Below, piece by piece: positions 27,185-36,522 of a stretch of DNA of 64,000 nt. This DNA is from Acinetobacter phage AM24. Within the stretch, counting starts at the first letter, position 1. The number at the start of each line of letters is the position of its first letter. The translations under genes were made by a program, and so were the position numbers. The notes beneath the pieces were generated by a model. That model did not search any database and was not told the origin of the DNA. It saw only the letters and a program-made list of their open reading frames with translations. The stretch lies in the sequence record KY000079.2. One strand, written 5' to 3'.

Positions 27185-27260
27185 GGGGATATAGCCCAAC
27201 GGCAGAGGCAAGAGGTTTAAACCCTCTCAAGTTTCAGTTCGAGTCTGAATATCCCTACCA
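27185..27260 (+). tRNA. tRNA with anticodon TAA (Leu-decoding) but short variable arm
   Basis: 76 nt. Anticodon stem AGAGG/CCTCT with loop TTTAAAC, T arm TTCAG-TTCGAGT-CTGAA, acceptor GGGGATA/TATCCCT, CCA. Class-I architecture. Confidence 0.5.
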
Positions 27261-27275
27261 ATTTAGGAGTGCTAC

Positions 27276-27557
27276 ATGGAAGTATTACTTGTTAGTGATT
27301 GTAGATGCCAAGAGCGTTTTGACTTTGCAGATATTGTAAAGGATGCTCAAGAACAAGGTATTAAAATTAAATATTCATTAGTTCCTAAGAAGATATCCTA
27401 TGAAGATAGAACTTACACATTTGTTAATGTTGAAGATCTCACTAAGGATAAAAGTTGTATTGTTGGTAAGAAGTTTGATGATGTCTATTTGACACCAGAA
27501 GCTAAAGATGCTATACCTTTAGGGTTGCTATCATTTATACTTACAAGAATACGTTAA
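27276..27557 (+). CDS. hypothetical protein
   Basis: 93 aa. RBS AGGAG 7 nt upstream. Lies inside the tRNA array. Confidence 0.4.
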   Translation: MEVLLVSDCRCQERFDFADIVKDAQEQGIKIKYSLVPKKISYEDRTYTFVNVEDLTKDKSCIVGKKFDDVYLTPEAKDAIPLGLLSFILTRIR

Positions 27558-27640
27558 GGTTTAAGTCCCTACACCCTCCAAGAGCCTTCTAAGCTCTCGA
27601 CATTAAATAGGGGGAAGGTAGTCAGAGTGTTCGATTCACT

Positions 27641-28135
27641 GTGGGGACTCCATTGTTTATATCAGGAAAGGTACTCGACCTACCTTTCACTAATATGAAC
27701 TACATAGAGGTCGAGTCTGTGAAAATTGAAGTACAAAACCCTTTTAACTATAAACGTGGTTATCTCCGTACTACTAAAAGTGGTAGGAAGTTGGTTGACC
27801 TTGTGAACTCAAACAAAGATCGTACTACGATATCGTATGCTAGGTATCTGATGTGCGTGAAGGTCGGTTACATAATTAGTTCTGATTTAGAGGTTGATCA
27901 TATTGATGGTGATAGAACAAATGATGAATTGAGTAATCTACAAATTCTTTCGAAGGAAAGTCACCGAAAGAAGACTGCACTATCAAAGACTAGAAGTGTG
28001 ACAACTTTAATATGTCCACAGTGTGGTAAGGAGTTTGAAAGATTTACTAATTTAATTAAGAAAGGTTCCAACCCAAAGTGTAGTAGACGTTGTAACGCAC
28101 TGTATAATCGCTCTAATTGTGGTTGGGGTAAGTAA
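27641..28135 (+). CDS. HNH homing endonuclease (HNH_3-like)
   Basis: Motif EVDHIDGDRTNDELSNLQILSKESHRKK plus a C-terminal Cys-rich zinc ribbon (CPQCG...CSRRC). The start is GTG 27641 or ATG 27695. Confidence 0.6.
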   Translation: MGTPLFISGKVLDLPFTNMNYIEVESVKIEVQNPFNYKRGYLRTTKSGRKLVDLVNSNKDRTTISYARYLMCVKVGYIISSDLEVDHIDGDRTNDELSNLQILSKESHRKKTALSKTRSVTTLICPQCGKEFERFTNLIKKGSNPKCSRRCNALYNRSNCGWGK

Positions 28136-28150
28136 ATTAATGAGTTTTAT

Positions 28151-28225
28151 TCCGAATTAGCTCAATGGTAGAGCAGCGCTTTTGTAATGCGAAGGTTGTG
28201 TGTTCGACTCACATATTCGGAACCA
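28151..28225 (+). tRNA. tRNA-Thr (anticodon TGT)
   Basis: Acceptor TCCGAAT/ATTCGGA, D stem GCTC/GAGC, anticodon loop TTTGTAA on a weak 3-bp stem, T arm GTGTG-TTCGACT-CACAT, CCA. Confidence 0.55.
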
Positions 28226-28230
28226 ATTAA

Positions 28231-28305
28231 GGTCCTTTAGCACATACTGGTCTGTGCACCATGCTCATAACGTGGAGGATTTTGGTTCGATTCCAAAAAG
28301 GACCA
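28231..28305 (+). tRNA. tRNA-Met (anticodon CAT; elongator or Ile2-type)
   Basis: Acceptor GGTCCTT/AAGGACC, D stem GCAC/GTGC, anticodon stem CCATG/CGTGG with loop CTCATAA, T arm TTTGG-TTCGATT-CCAAA. No CCA encoded. Confidence 0.65.
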
Positions 28306-28317
28306 CTAAATTATTAT

Positions 28318-28388
28318 GGGTTGACCACTGGGTGGTGGCGAGTCTCCAAAACTTGCCTTGCTAGGTTCGATTCCTAGTCGATCTGCCA
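28318..28388 (+). tRNA. tRNA-Trp (anticodon CCA), tentative
   Basis: Anticodon stem CGAGT/ACTTG with loop CTCCAAA, T arm CTAGG-TTCGATT-CCTAG, CCA. The D arm is irregular and the acceptor has several G.U pairs. Confidence 0.45.
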
Positions 28389-28420
28389 AATAAAATGTTA
28401 AAAATAATTAAACAAAACAC

Positions 28421-28449
28421 TTGACAAATAGATTTTTAGTATTATATAT
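28421..28449 (+). promoter_or_regulatory. sigma70-like promoter followed by (TATATAA)x3
   Basis: TTGACA at 28421-28426, a 16-17-nt spacer, then TATATA. A tandem TATATAA x3 follows. Lies upstream of the last tRNA and the thioredoxin gene. Confidence 0.4.
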
Positions 28450-28481
28450 AATATATAATATATAAGCAATTAAGTTTTCAT

Positions 28482-28556
28482 AGCGAGGTAGTGTAACGGT
28501 TTGCACAGGGGACTCATAATCCTCTGGTTTGGGTTCGAATCCCAACTTCGCTTCCA
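28482..28556 (+). tRNA. tRNA with anticodon CAT (Met, initiator or Ile2-type)
   Basis: Acceptor AGCGAGG/CTTCGCT, anticodon stem GGGGA/TCCTC with loop CTCATAA, T arm TTGGG-TTCGAAT-CCCAA, CCA. Confidence 0.6.
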
Positions 28557-28576
28557 GTTTCGGAGGATCAATTATC

Positions 28577-28891
28577 GTGTATTTAGAACTAGTAGAAAAT
28601 GAAGCATTTAGCCAGATTGGTACAAACCGAAAGGTTATCTTCAAATTTGGTGCAAAATGGTGCTCTGGTTGTAAAGCGATAACTCCAGTCCTCAAAAAAT
28701 TATCTGAACAAAATCCTGATATTGTCTTTGTAGATATCGATATTGAGCAATCGAAAGGACTAGCTGAAAAATTTAATGTTCAGACCTTACCAACTTTCAT
28801 ATCTTTCCAAGAGTCCTTAAAGAAGGATACCATTGTAGGTACTCCTAAAATTACTCAGTTGAAAGAAATGATCACAAATATGCAAAAATAA
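28577..28891 (+). CDS. thioredoxin-like protein
   Basis: WCSGCK active-site motif (CxxC) with a Trx-fold-sized protein. RBS GGAGGA lies 9 nt before GTG 28577. The longer track ORF start at 28529 lies inside the tRNA. Confidence 0.6.
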   Translation: MYLELVENEAFSQIGTNRKVIFKFGAKWCSGCKAITPVLKKLSEQNPDIVFVDIDIEQSKGLAEKFNVQTLPTFISFQESLKKDTIVGTPKITQLKEMITNMQK

Positions 28892-29038
28892 TAATAAAAA
28901 TACATCGGTTCCGTTCCAAACCTTTAGTTTAAGGTTTTTCTCCAATCCCACTAACCAAATAACTGTTATGGATGACACAAGTCAATAATAGGGAATAATT
29001 AAGGTTAGTGGGTTTTCTTTTATTCAAGGAGTGTAAGT

Positions 29039-30469
29039 ATGAGTAACATATTTGCACCTTGCTCTCCAGTACAAGCGAAGCTACTTCAAAGTGATGCCAC
29101 AATCACAGTTTATGGTGGATCTATGGGTAGTGCTAAAACCTATGGAGGTCTACTAAGACACCTTCAATATGTAAATAGTCCACATTATGTTGGTTACGTA
29201 ATCCGTAAAAATGAAGTAGTTCTGAGGGCTGGTGGTGGTGCTTTTGAAGAAGCCAAAGCTTTATACAAGGCATTTGAGCCAAGAGTTAAAATCACAGAGA
29301 AACCTATGAGGTTTCGCTTTCCTTCTGGTGCTGTAATTAACTTTGCAGGTGCTGAAGATGAGAAAGCTATGGAAAAATATCGTGGTCTTAACTTAACTGG
29401 TGTAATGGTCGATGAAGGTACACAGTTATCAGAAAGACAAATTTGGTTCTTAATTTCTCGTTTGCGTAATGGTAAAGATCCAAACATTATGCCAAATATA
29501 TGGATTACATGTAACCCTGACCCTGATAGTTATTTGTTTGAATGGGTTAAGTGGTATTTATATCCTGTAGGGCATCCTCTTGCTGGAAGACCTGATAAAG
29601 ATAAGAATGGATTAAAAAGATATTTCGTATCGACTCCAGAAGGTTTAGTTTGGAGTGATAATGAACAGGAATTACTTGATAAGTATCCGCATTTATTTAC
29701 AAAAGGGACTAGACCACTAAGTTTTAGATTTATTGGTGGTACAGTTTACGATAACCCACCTCTTCTTAAGAACTCACCTCAATATCTTCAAAACCTACTC
29801 CAACAGAAAGACCGAGTAGTGCGAGAACGTGAGTTGTACGGTAACTGGTTTGCACGTAGGGAAGATTCAAGTTACTTCAACAGGTCTTGGTGTGAGATAG
29901 TTGATAAGCCTCCTGAAAGGGTCCGTAAAAGGGTTCGTTCTTGGGACTTGGCTTTCACATTACCAACTGAGACAAACCCAAACCCCGATTATACCTGTGG
30001 TGTTCGTCTAAGTAAAGATGATGAAGGTACAATCTATGTTGAAGACATGGTTCTTGAAAGGGTTGGTTCTGGGAAAATTATTGAGTTAATTGCAAAGACT
30101 GGCCTAGAAGATGCTGAGATGTTTGGTGTTGTTGAAACAACAATCCCTCAAGATGCTGGTGGTATGGCTAAATTTGCAGCTAGGGATATGGCCTCTAAGC
30201 TAAGAGAGCATGGTGTATCTCCTATTGTAGTTCCTGTAGGTAATAAAGGCAAGCTCGTTCGTTTTATTCCATTCTCAGGTGCAGCACAAAATAAACATGT
30301 GAAGATTGTACGTGGTGATTGGAATGCAGCCTTCTTTCATCAGTTAGAAGCTTTTGGAAGTGGAAATAAGGCTGTGCACGATGATGCTGTCGATGCTGTT
30401 GCTGATGCTTATAAAAGAGTAGCAGAAAATAGAACGATTGACTATGCCATCGACTTAGCAGTTTTATAA
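29039..30469 (+). CDS. terL: terminase large subunit
   Basis: 476 aa. N-terminal ATPase Walker A (VYGGSMGSAKT), Walker B (GVMVDEG) and C-terminal nuclease-like acidic residues. Sits immediately upstream of the portal gene. Confidence 0.8.
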   Translation: MSNIFAPCSPVQAKLLQSDATITVYGGSMGSAKTYGGLLRHLQYVNSPHYVGYVIRKNEVVLRAGGGAFEEAKALYKAFEPRVKITEKPMRFRFPSGAVINFAGAEDEKAMEKYRGLNLTGVMVDEGTQLSERQIWFLISRLRNGKDPNIMPNIWITCNPDPDSYLFEWVKWYLYPVGHPLAGRPDKDKNGLKRYFVSTPEGLVWSDNEQELLDKYPHLFTKGTRPLSFRFIGGTVYDNPPLLKNSPQYLQNLLQQKDRVVRERELYGNWFARREDSSYFNRSWCEIVDKPPERVRKRVRSWDLAFTLPTETNPNPDYTCGVRLSKDDEGTIYVEDMVLERVGSGKIIELIAKTGLEDAEMFGVVETTIPQDAGGMAKFAARDMASKLREHGVSPIVVPVGNKGKLVRFIPFSGAAQNKHVKIVRGDWNAAFFHQLEAFGSGNKAVHDDAVDAVADAYKRVAENRTIDYAIDLAVL

Positions 30470-30479
30470 AGGAGTAGTC

Positions 30480-31982
30480 ATGGCTATAAATGAAGTACAA
30501 ACAGTTTCTGGTTTCAGTGATACTGGAATGGTTGTTAAAAAACGTGTTAGAAGAAAAAAACTCGACCCAGTAAACGTTGAGTTAGGTGTTCATGGTAATA
30601 CCTTCAAGGATTTAACTGAAATGAATTGGGATGCTCTAACATACCCAACAAGCCTTGAAACATACAAATTAATGGGCAAACATTTAGTTATATCTTCAGC
30701 ACTTAATTTAATTTCAACCATGATGGCTAGGGTTCCTTGGAGAATTGAAGCTTACGAGCCTAAAGAGGCTGATATAAAGAATGCTAAATTTATGACTGAA
30801 GTGTTTAACGACATGGATGAAGGCTGGCAGACTTTTATTTCAGAAGTATCAACAATGAACCAATATGGACATTCTGTTCATGAGATTGTTTTAAGATACA
30901 GAAGATTTGAGGAAGGTTCACGATACAATGATGGTAAGATTGGCCTAAAATATTTACCAATCAGATCACAACATAGTATTGCTGAATGGGTTTATGACCC
31001 TAATGGTAGAACCTTGTTAGGTATTACTCAGAAGATTCCTCAAACTAAAAAATATATGGGTTATAAAGAAAAAGAAATCTTTATTCCTATTGAAAGTCTC
31101 TTAATTTTCAGAGTCAATCCTCAAGATGGTAGCCCTATTGGGACAAGCCCTTTAGATGGATGTTATAGTGCTTGGAGATACTTGGTAACTTATCAAGAAA
31201 TTGAAGGTACAACTGTTAGTAAAAACCTTAACGGTGTGGGTATTTTTAAAATCCCATCTAAGTATATGGCTGAGCATGCCACTCCAGCAGACCGAAAGGT
31301 TTATGAGAATGCAAAACGCATTGTTTCTAATGTGAACAATGGTGAGCAAGCTGGTATGGTTATCCCTTCAGATTTTGATGAAGTTAGTGGTAAGCCTTAC
31401 TTTGGTTTTGAAGTTATTAACTCTACAGCATCTAATACATCTGTTACAGGTGAGATTGTTAAAAGATACACCAATGAAATTCTTCAATGCTTGAGTGCAG
31501 ATTTATTACAACTTGGTTCTACCAATACTGGTTCTTACTCTCTTGCCGATAGTAAAACTTCTTTAGTAGAAACTGTAGTTGAATCTCGTATGATGGTTAT
31601 TAAAGAATTAATGAATAGGAAGTTAATTCCAATCATTGCAGAAGCTAATGGTATGGATTTAGAAAGACTACCTAAATTTGAATTTGGTGATATCTCTAGA
31701 CCAGACCTTGAGACTTTCGCTAAGGCAATCCAACAACTTACTGCTGTTAATATGGTATATCGCTCAGCACGTAATGTCAACAGAATTGCAGAGATTCTAA
31801 GTCTTCCTGACATGGTTGACCCTGATATCTCTAAAGAGGAACTTGACAAGTTACTTGGTGTTGACCAAGAAATGCAAAGTAAGAGTGGTAAAGGTTACGC
31901 TTCTGATACTGGTGGACTTAATGGAACATCAAATAAAGTAGCCAAGAAGGATAACTCAGCAAATAATTTACAAAATAAGTGA
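30480..31982 (+). CDS. portal protein
   Basis: 500 aa, directly downstream of terL with a 10-nt gap. Size and position are typical of a portal. Confidence 0.65.
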   Translation: MAINEVQTVSGFSDTGMVVKKRVRRKKLDPVNVELGVHGNTFKDLTEMNWDALTYPTSLETYKLMGKHLVISSALNLISTMMARVPWRIEAYEPKEADIKNAKFMTEVFNDMDEGWQTFISEVSTMNQYGHSVHEIVLRYRRFEEGSRYNDGKIGLKYLPIRSQHSIAEWVYDPNGRTLLGITQKIPQTKKYMGYKEKEIFIPIESLLIFRVNPQDGSPIGTSPLDGCYSAWRYLVTYQEIEGTTVSKNLNGVGIFKIPSKYMAEHATPADRKVYENAKRIVSNVNNGEQAGMVIPSDFDEVSGKPYFGFEVINSTASNTSVTGEIVKRYTNEILQCLSADLLQLGSTNTGSYSLADSKTSLVETVVESRMMVIKELMNRKLIPIIAEANGMDLERLPKFEFGDISRPDLETFAKAIQQLTAVNMVYRSARNVNRIAEILSLPDMVDPDISKEELDKLLGVDQEMQSKSGKGYASDTGGLNGTSNKVAKKDNSANNLQNK

Positions 31983-31989
31983 GGTACTA

Positions 31990-33564
31990 ATGTCAAGAGC
32001 ACACAGTATTATGCGCTTGAGTGAATCTGTTTTCAATACTCCACAATACATGCTTCCAGAGCACTTTGAAAAGCTTACCAGTTATATGATTGATCGTAAC
32101 ACTGGTAAGTTAGCTTGGCAAGTAGATATTGGTGCTGAAAAAGAAAGAGCAGCAAAAGAAAAAGCTGAAAAGGATAAAGACAAGGTTTTAGCCTTAGATC
32201 CAGTTAAAGCAAATTCATTCAAACGACCTGACTTCTCACAGTATCCAGAAGAAACTCGTGAGCAAGCTCGACAAGATTATTATGACTTCATTCAATATGA
32301 CCCTAAGAATAAATTAGGTGTTTTAAATATTGAAGGTACGACTGTTTACAGAAGTACCCCCTTCGAGGCTATGTGTGGGATGACCTCTTACCAAAGACTC
32401 GAACGTACTATCAAGGCACAAATAGCAGAGGGTGCTAAAACCATCCTCATGTATGTTGATAGTGGAGGTGGTGAAGCATTCGGAAATATTGAAACAGCAG
32501 TTAACTTGAGAAATATTGCTGACCAAAATGGTGCAAAACTTATTGCATACGTAGATGGTCGTGCAGCTTCAGCAGCTTATGCACTTTCCTCAGTAGCTCA
32601 TACAGTGGTAGCAAATCCAGACTCAGAAGTGGGTTCAATTGGGGTTGTTGTTTCACTGATTGAGGATACCACAAAAGAGGAAGGTATACAAACAATCACA
32701 CTCTTTAGAGGTGATAACAAAGTAGCAACTGATGATGAAGGACGTTTTAAAGAAGGCTTCATTCAAAGAATGAACAACACACTTGATCGTATGTATGGAT
32801 TGTTTACAGGCCACGTAGCTAAGTACAGAAATATGGATGTCAAGGATGTTGTAGCAACACAAGCTTCTATGTATACCGCAGAGAAAGCCCTAGAGGTTGG
32901 CTTGGTGGATGTATTGATGACTCGTGCAGATTTCTTTGGTGATTACCTTCCAAGACAAACCCAAAGAGTTAACTCTTTAAGTTTCAGTCCGTTTGCTGAA
33001 ACTACCAAGTTCAAAACAACATGTGAGGATGTAAAACAAATGGACGTAAAAGATTTAGATTTAAACCAAAAAGATAATCCAGAAGTAGTAACCCTGCAAA
33101 AATCTGAATATGAAGATTTGATGACTAAGGTTTCTGCTAGTGATGAACAAATTAAATTGGCTATTGATGCTGCATTAGCTGAACAGGCTGATACACACCA
33201 ACAAGCACTTCAAGCATTACAAGCTGACTTAGCACAAAAAGAAGTTGACTTACAAGCTTTAACTGAACGTGCACAACTAGCTGAACAAAGTTTAATTGAT
33301 CTAAAACATGAAACTTTAATGGCTGACCGCAGAGAAAAACTTGAGAAAGTTCTTGCAGTTGACCAAGTAGAAGGTGCAATGCAACTGGCTGCTACATTTA
33401 GTGATGAGCAATTCGAAGCTTATCATGCAACACTTTCAAGTGTTTACCAAAAATCAAAAGACAGTCTTAAAGAGAAGGGTACAAAGGCAAATGATGAAGA
33501 GCCTACCAAAGATTATTCTTCTATTTTAGGTGCTGCAATTCAAAAACACAATCAATCTCGATAA
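31990..33564 (+). CDS. prohead protease (S49/ClpP-like) fused to scaffolding domain
   Basis: Central SppA/ClpP-like motifs (MYVDSGGGEAF...AYVDGRAASAAYAL). The C-terminal 180 aa are coiled-coil-like and Q/A/L/E-rich, as scaffolds usually are. Confidence 0.65.
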   Translation: MSRAHSIMRLSESVFNTPQYMLPEHFEKLTSYMIDRNTGKLAWQVDIGAEKERAAKEKAEKDKDKVLALDPVKANSFKRPDFSQYPEETREQARQDYYDFIQYDPKNKLGVLNIEGTTVYRSTPFEAMCGMTSYQRLERTIKAQIAEGAKTILMYVDSGGGEAFGNIETAVNLRNIADQNGAKLIAYVDGRAASAAYALSSVAHTVVANPDSEVGSIGVVVSLIEDTTKEEGIQTITLFRGDNKVATDDEGRFKEGFIQRMNNTLDRMYGLFTGHVAKYRNMDVKDVVATQASMYTAEKALEVGLVDVLMTRADFFGDYLPRQTQRVNSLSFSPFAETTKFKTTCEDVKQMDVKDLDLNQKDNPEVVTLQKSEYEDLMTKVSASDEQIKLAIDAALAEQADTHQQALQALQADLAQKEVDLQALTERAQLAEQSLIDLKHETLMADRREKLEKVLAVDQVEGAMQLAATFSDEQFEAYHATLSSVYQKSKDSLKEKGTKANDEEPTKDYSSILGAAIQKHNQSR

Positions 33565-33582
33565 TTAGAGGAAGTTCAACAT

Positions 33583-34047
33583 ATGGCAACTTTAGATTTA
33601 AATGCATTGTTTAATCTTGGTCACACCGAGTTTTCTGATGTTTTCCAGACTGAAGCTGGTACAACTATTGGTTATGTTCGTAAGAACATCACAGTAACAG
33701 GTACGGCTGGTACAACTTTACAAATCGGTCACATCTTACAAGATAATGGAGATGGTACTGCCACAATCCCTGCAACTACAGCTTCAATTACAAACCCTGT
33801 AATTTACTGTGGTGATGACCCTTACAAACAACAAGCTGATGGTAAGCGTGACTGGAATTCAAATACAACTGTATTCACAGCAGATAACCTTACACAAGAT
33901 GTTGTAGTTGTTTATCGTGGTCGTGTTGGTGTAGGTACATCTTACCTAGTATTCCCTGCCGATGTAACTCCAACTACTCGTGCAGCAGTTTACAAAGCTC
34001 TTGACGACAAAGGCTTCAAGATCATCAGACAAATCGCTAAATACTAA
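33583..34047 (+). CDS. head decoration or head-associated protein
   Basis: 154 aa and Thr/Gly-rich. Lies between the protease-scaffold and major capsid genes. Confidence 0.35.
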   Translation: MATLDLNALFNLGHTEFSDVFQTEAGTTIGYVRKNITVTGTAGTTLQIGHILQDNGDGTATIPATTASITNPVIYCGDDPYKQQADGKRDWNSNTTVFTADNLTQDVVVVYRGRVGVGTSYLVFPADVTPTTRAAVYKALDDKGFKIIRQIAKY

Positions 34048-34152
34048 TTTTAAGATATTTACGAAAAATAGTCAAAAGGAATTGATGGTGGGTGGGATGA
34101 ATTTGTTTCGCCACTCATCCCATAACACTTTCAAATATGAGGAATTTATAAT

Positions 34153-35223
34153 ATGCCAACTATTCGCAATCCATTAGATTTCAGCACTACTCTTGATCTT
34201 ACTGATGCTATTAATGAGATCGTACCAGAGTATGGTGCTTTTAACAACTCTGGATTATTTAATAAACGTGGTACAACTCAGGAAGCTGTACTTTACGAAA
34301 TCAACCAAGGCGCTCGTAGCTCAATGGTTGGTACAACTTCTCGTAGAGAACGTAACACTGTTAAAGACGCTCGTGGGCGTGTTAAACAACAAGCTCTCTA
34401 CATTCCTTACATCAAACACAGCGCACAAATCGCTCGTGAAGATGTAGCGTATGTTGTACGTGACTGGAAAGAGCTTACTGTTGAATCAGTAACAGAGTTA
34501 TACGTAGACAAGCTTGCAAGCTTACGTAGAAACTTAGAGCAATCTCATGAATATATGGCTGTAACAGCTACACAAGGTATCACTCGTGATCCTCTAGATG
34601 GTTCTGTGATTGTTGACATGTTCGCTATCAATGGCGTTACACAAACAGTTCATACTTGGAACTTCACTGACCCTAACTTCGACCTTATTGGTGCGATTCG
34701 TAAGTTAAAAACTGACTTAACTCGTGCTAACCTTTGGGGTGGTGTGATTCAGTCAGTGGACGTACCAGTAGGTGAAGCGTTGTTTAATGCTATCGTAACA
34801 CACCCTCAATTAGCTGAACTTTATGTTCTTGCTATGACTGGTCGTGGTCAAGAGGCAATCAACAACTCTCGTCCTTGGGCGACAGAAACAATGACTCGTT
34901 ACGGTATTGCTTCTACGTTTACATTTGATGGTGTACGTTTCATGACTTACCCTTCAACATTCCGTACAGAGCAAGGTGACTTGATTGAACCTATCGCTAA
35001 TAACGAAGGTCACACAATTGTACGTGGTTTATCTGGTATGTATGAAGCTCGCTTCGCTCCAGACAACAACCTTGATACAATTGGTCAAGTAGGTCAAGAG
35101 ATTTTCGCATGGCGTACTCCATTGATCGAACGTCACCACTTCGAAATCATCACTGAAACAAGCCCAATCTACTTCGCTACACATCCTGAATTAATCTTCA
35201 AGATCGTAGGTACATTGGCTTAA
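34153..35223 (+). CDS. major capsid protein
   Basis: 356 aa. Its position after protease/scaffold and decoration, and its size, fit an HK97-fold major capsid protein. Confidence 0.6.
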   Translation: MPTIRNPLDFSTTLDLTDAINEIVPEYGAFNNSGLFNKRGTTQEAVLYEINQGARSSMVGTTSRRERNTVKDARGRVKQQALYIPYIKHSAQIAREDVAYVVRDWKELTVESVTELYVDKLASLRRNLEQSHEYMAVTATQGITRDPLDGSVIVDMFAINGVTQTVHTWNFTDPNFDLIGAIRKLKTDLTRANLWGGVIQSVDVPVGEALFNAIVTHPQLAELYVLAMTGRGQEAINNSRPWATETMTRYGIASTFTFDGVRFMTYPSTFRTEQGDLIEPIANNEGHTIVRGLSGMYEARFAPDNNLDTIGQVGQEIFAWRTPLIERHHFEIITETSPIYFATHPELIFKIVGTLA

Positions 35224-35340
35224 TCAGTCAAATGAATAACCTTCTAGGCTATCTTTCTAGGTAGCCTAGATAACTTTATCTAAAGGCATTTCATAAGGTT
35301 TAGAGATGTTTTTACATAAAGTTATTTCTAGGAGAATGTA

Positions 35341-35889
35341 ATGACATTTACATATACAGGCGATCCATCAAACAACAAAATCGATGAGCTTAGATTACTC
35401 TTAGGTGACTTAGATGAAAGACAACCAATCTACCAAGATGAAGAGCTTCAATACTTTTTAGATCAAGCTGATGGTAACGTGAAGGTAGCCTTCTACTTAG
35501 CTATTGGTGCTATGATTCCAAAGTTTACCCGAATGGCTAGAGAAAGGGCTGGACAAATCGAAGTCTATGCTGGTGATTACTTCAACCACTACTTACAGTG
35601 GATTAAGATGTTAATGAAGCCAACTTCACCATCATTCCAGTTAAGAGAAGATGCTCTTTTCTATGGTGGTATTGAGAAGGCTCAGTCACAGCAATACTTC
35701 CTAGACCCTTCTATTGTTGCACAACCATTCTATAGAGGACAATTCTTCAGAATGCCAACTATGATGGGATATCGTAGATTAACCCCTACGGGATTCGCTG
35801 AAGTTGATGAAAGTGGAAGACTTTTAGGTTTTGTGAGAGATGTAGCACTACCAGCAGTTATTGATGATTCTGATGTGCCAAATCCTTAA
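35341..35889 (+). CDS. head-tail connector/adaptor protein
   Basis: 182 aa, positioned between the capsid and tail genes. Confidence 0.4.
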   Translation: MTFTYTGDPSNNKIDELRLLLGDLDERQPIYQDEELQYFLDQADGNVKVAFYLAIGAMIPKFTRMARERAGQIEVYAGDYFNHYLQWIKMLMKPTSPSFQLREDALFYGGIEKAQSQQYFLDPSIVAQPFYRGQFFRMPTMMGYRRLTPTGFAEVDESGRLLGFVRDVALPAVIDDSDVPNP

Positions 35890-35898
35890 GGAGTAAGT

Positions 35899-36504
35899 AT
35901 GGCTAGGGGTGGATTACCTGAATGGCAAAAGGCCAGATACAGAACAACATATGCTGGAAAGAAAGCCTATACGGTTAGACATAAGAACCTAACCATGCAT
36001 GTGAATACTGAAAAGTTAGAAGCCTTGAAAGGTGAACTTGTTAACCTATCTCTTCAACATGTACGTTACGGTATTGTGGATGATAATAGATATCCTACAA
36101 GTGACCCTAGAGGTAGAGGTGGGATGTATGTAGCAACCATTTGGAAGCGTCTTGAGTTTGGTTCAGTAGATGAGATCAATGGTAAAGCCAGAGTTATTCC
36201 ACCACGACCAACATTTACACAACATGTGCACACTGGTGGTAAAGGTACAGCAAAACTTGTAATGATGGATATCATGCACGATGTCTTTACAGGTAAATCT
36301 GTTAGGGATAAAGCATGGGTGAAGTTAGGTTTAGCAATGCAATCTCGTCTTAAATTTGATGTAATGACTCAGAAAGGTTTTGTTCCATTGAAGTTACCTA
36401 GTTGGTCCGATAGATCCCCAACAGACTTCTATAATGATACAGGTCATTTAATTAGAAGTATTTCTTATCGAATTATGCCTATAGGTTTAGATTTTAGCAA
36501 GTGA
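35899..36504 (+). CDS. head-tail joining protein
   Basis: 201 aa. Position only. Confidence 0.35.
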   Translation: MARGGLPEWQKARYRTTYAGKKAYTVRHKNLTMHVNTEKLEALKGELVNLSLQHVRYGIVDDNRYPTSDPRGRGGMYVATIWKRLEFGSVDEINGKARVIPPRPTFTQHVHTGGKGTAKLVMMDIMHDVFTGKSVRDKAWVKLGLAMQSRLKFDVMTQKGFVPLKLPSWSDRSPTDFYNDTGHLIRSISYRIMPIGLDFSK

Positions 36505-36522
36505 TTTAGTGGAGATTAAAAT

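Noticed and set aside
24404-27339. Track ORFs of 60-117 aa overlapping the tRNA array on both strands: 24404..24586(-), 24728..24973(-), 25561..25785(-), 25670..25942(+), 26329..26556(-), 26566..26748(+), 26626..26814(-), 26917..27132(-), 27142..27339(+).
   Set aside because: They are translations of tRNA genes. Peptides such as GFEPST and RIELTTP recur because they derive from GGTTCGAA T-arms. They have no RBS and are tiled by cloverleaves.
27565-27652. tRNA-like acceptor pairing (GTCCCTA / TGGGGAC-T-CCA) with a T-arm-like hairpin and a perfect AGAGC-CTTCTAA-GCTCT hairpin upstream of the second HNH gene.
   Set aside because: No D arm can be formed and the spacing is not cloverleaf-compatible (88 nt with misplaced elements). 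It overlaps the HNH start codon and is probably coincidental or a fossil.
28441-28470. Short tandem repeat (TATATAA)x3, considered as a possible CRISPR-like or satellite repeat.
   Set aside because: There are only three 7-bp units, with no spacers. It overlaps the -10 region of a promoter and is simple AT-rich slippage sequence.
28408-28695. Track ORF on the minus strand, and the 5' part of plus ORF 28529..28891, overlapping the last tRNA.
   Set aside because: The region is occupied by the tRNA with anticodon CAT (28482-28556). The thioredoxin start was moved to GTG 28577, which has a good RBS.
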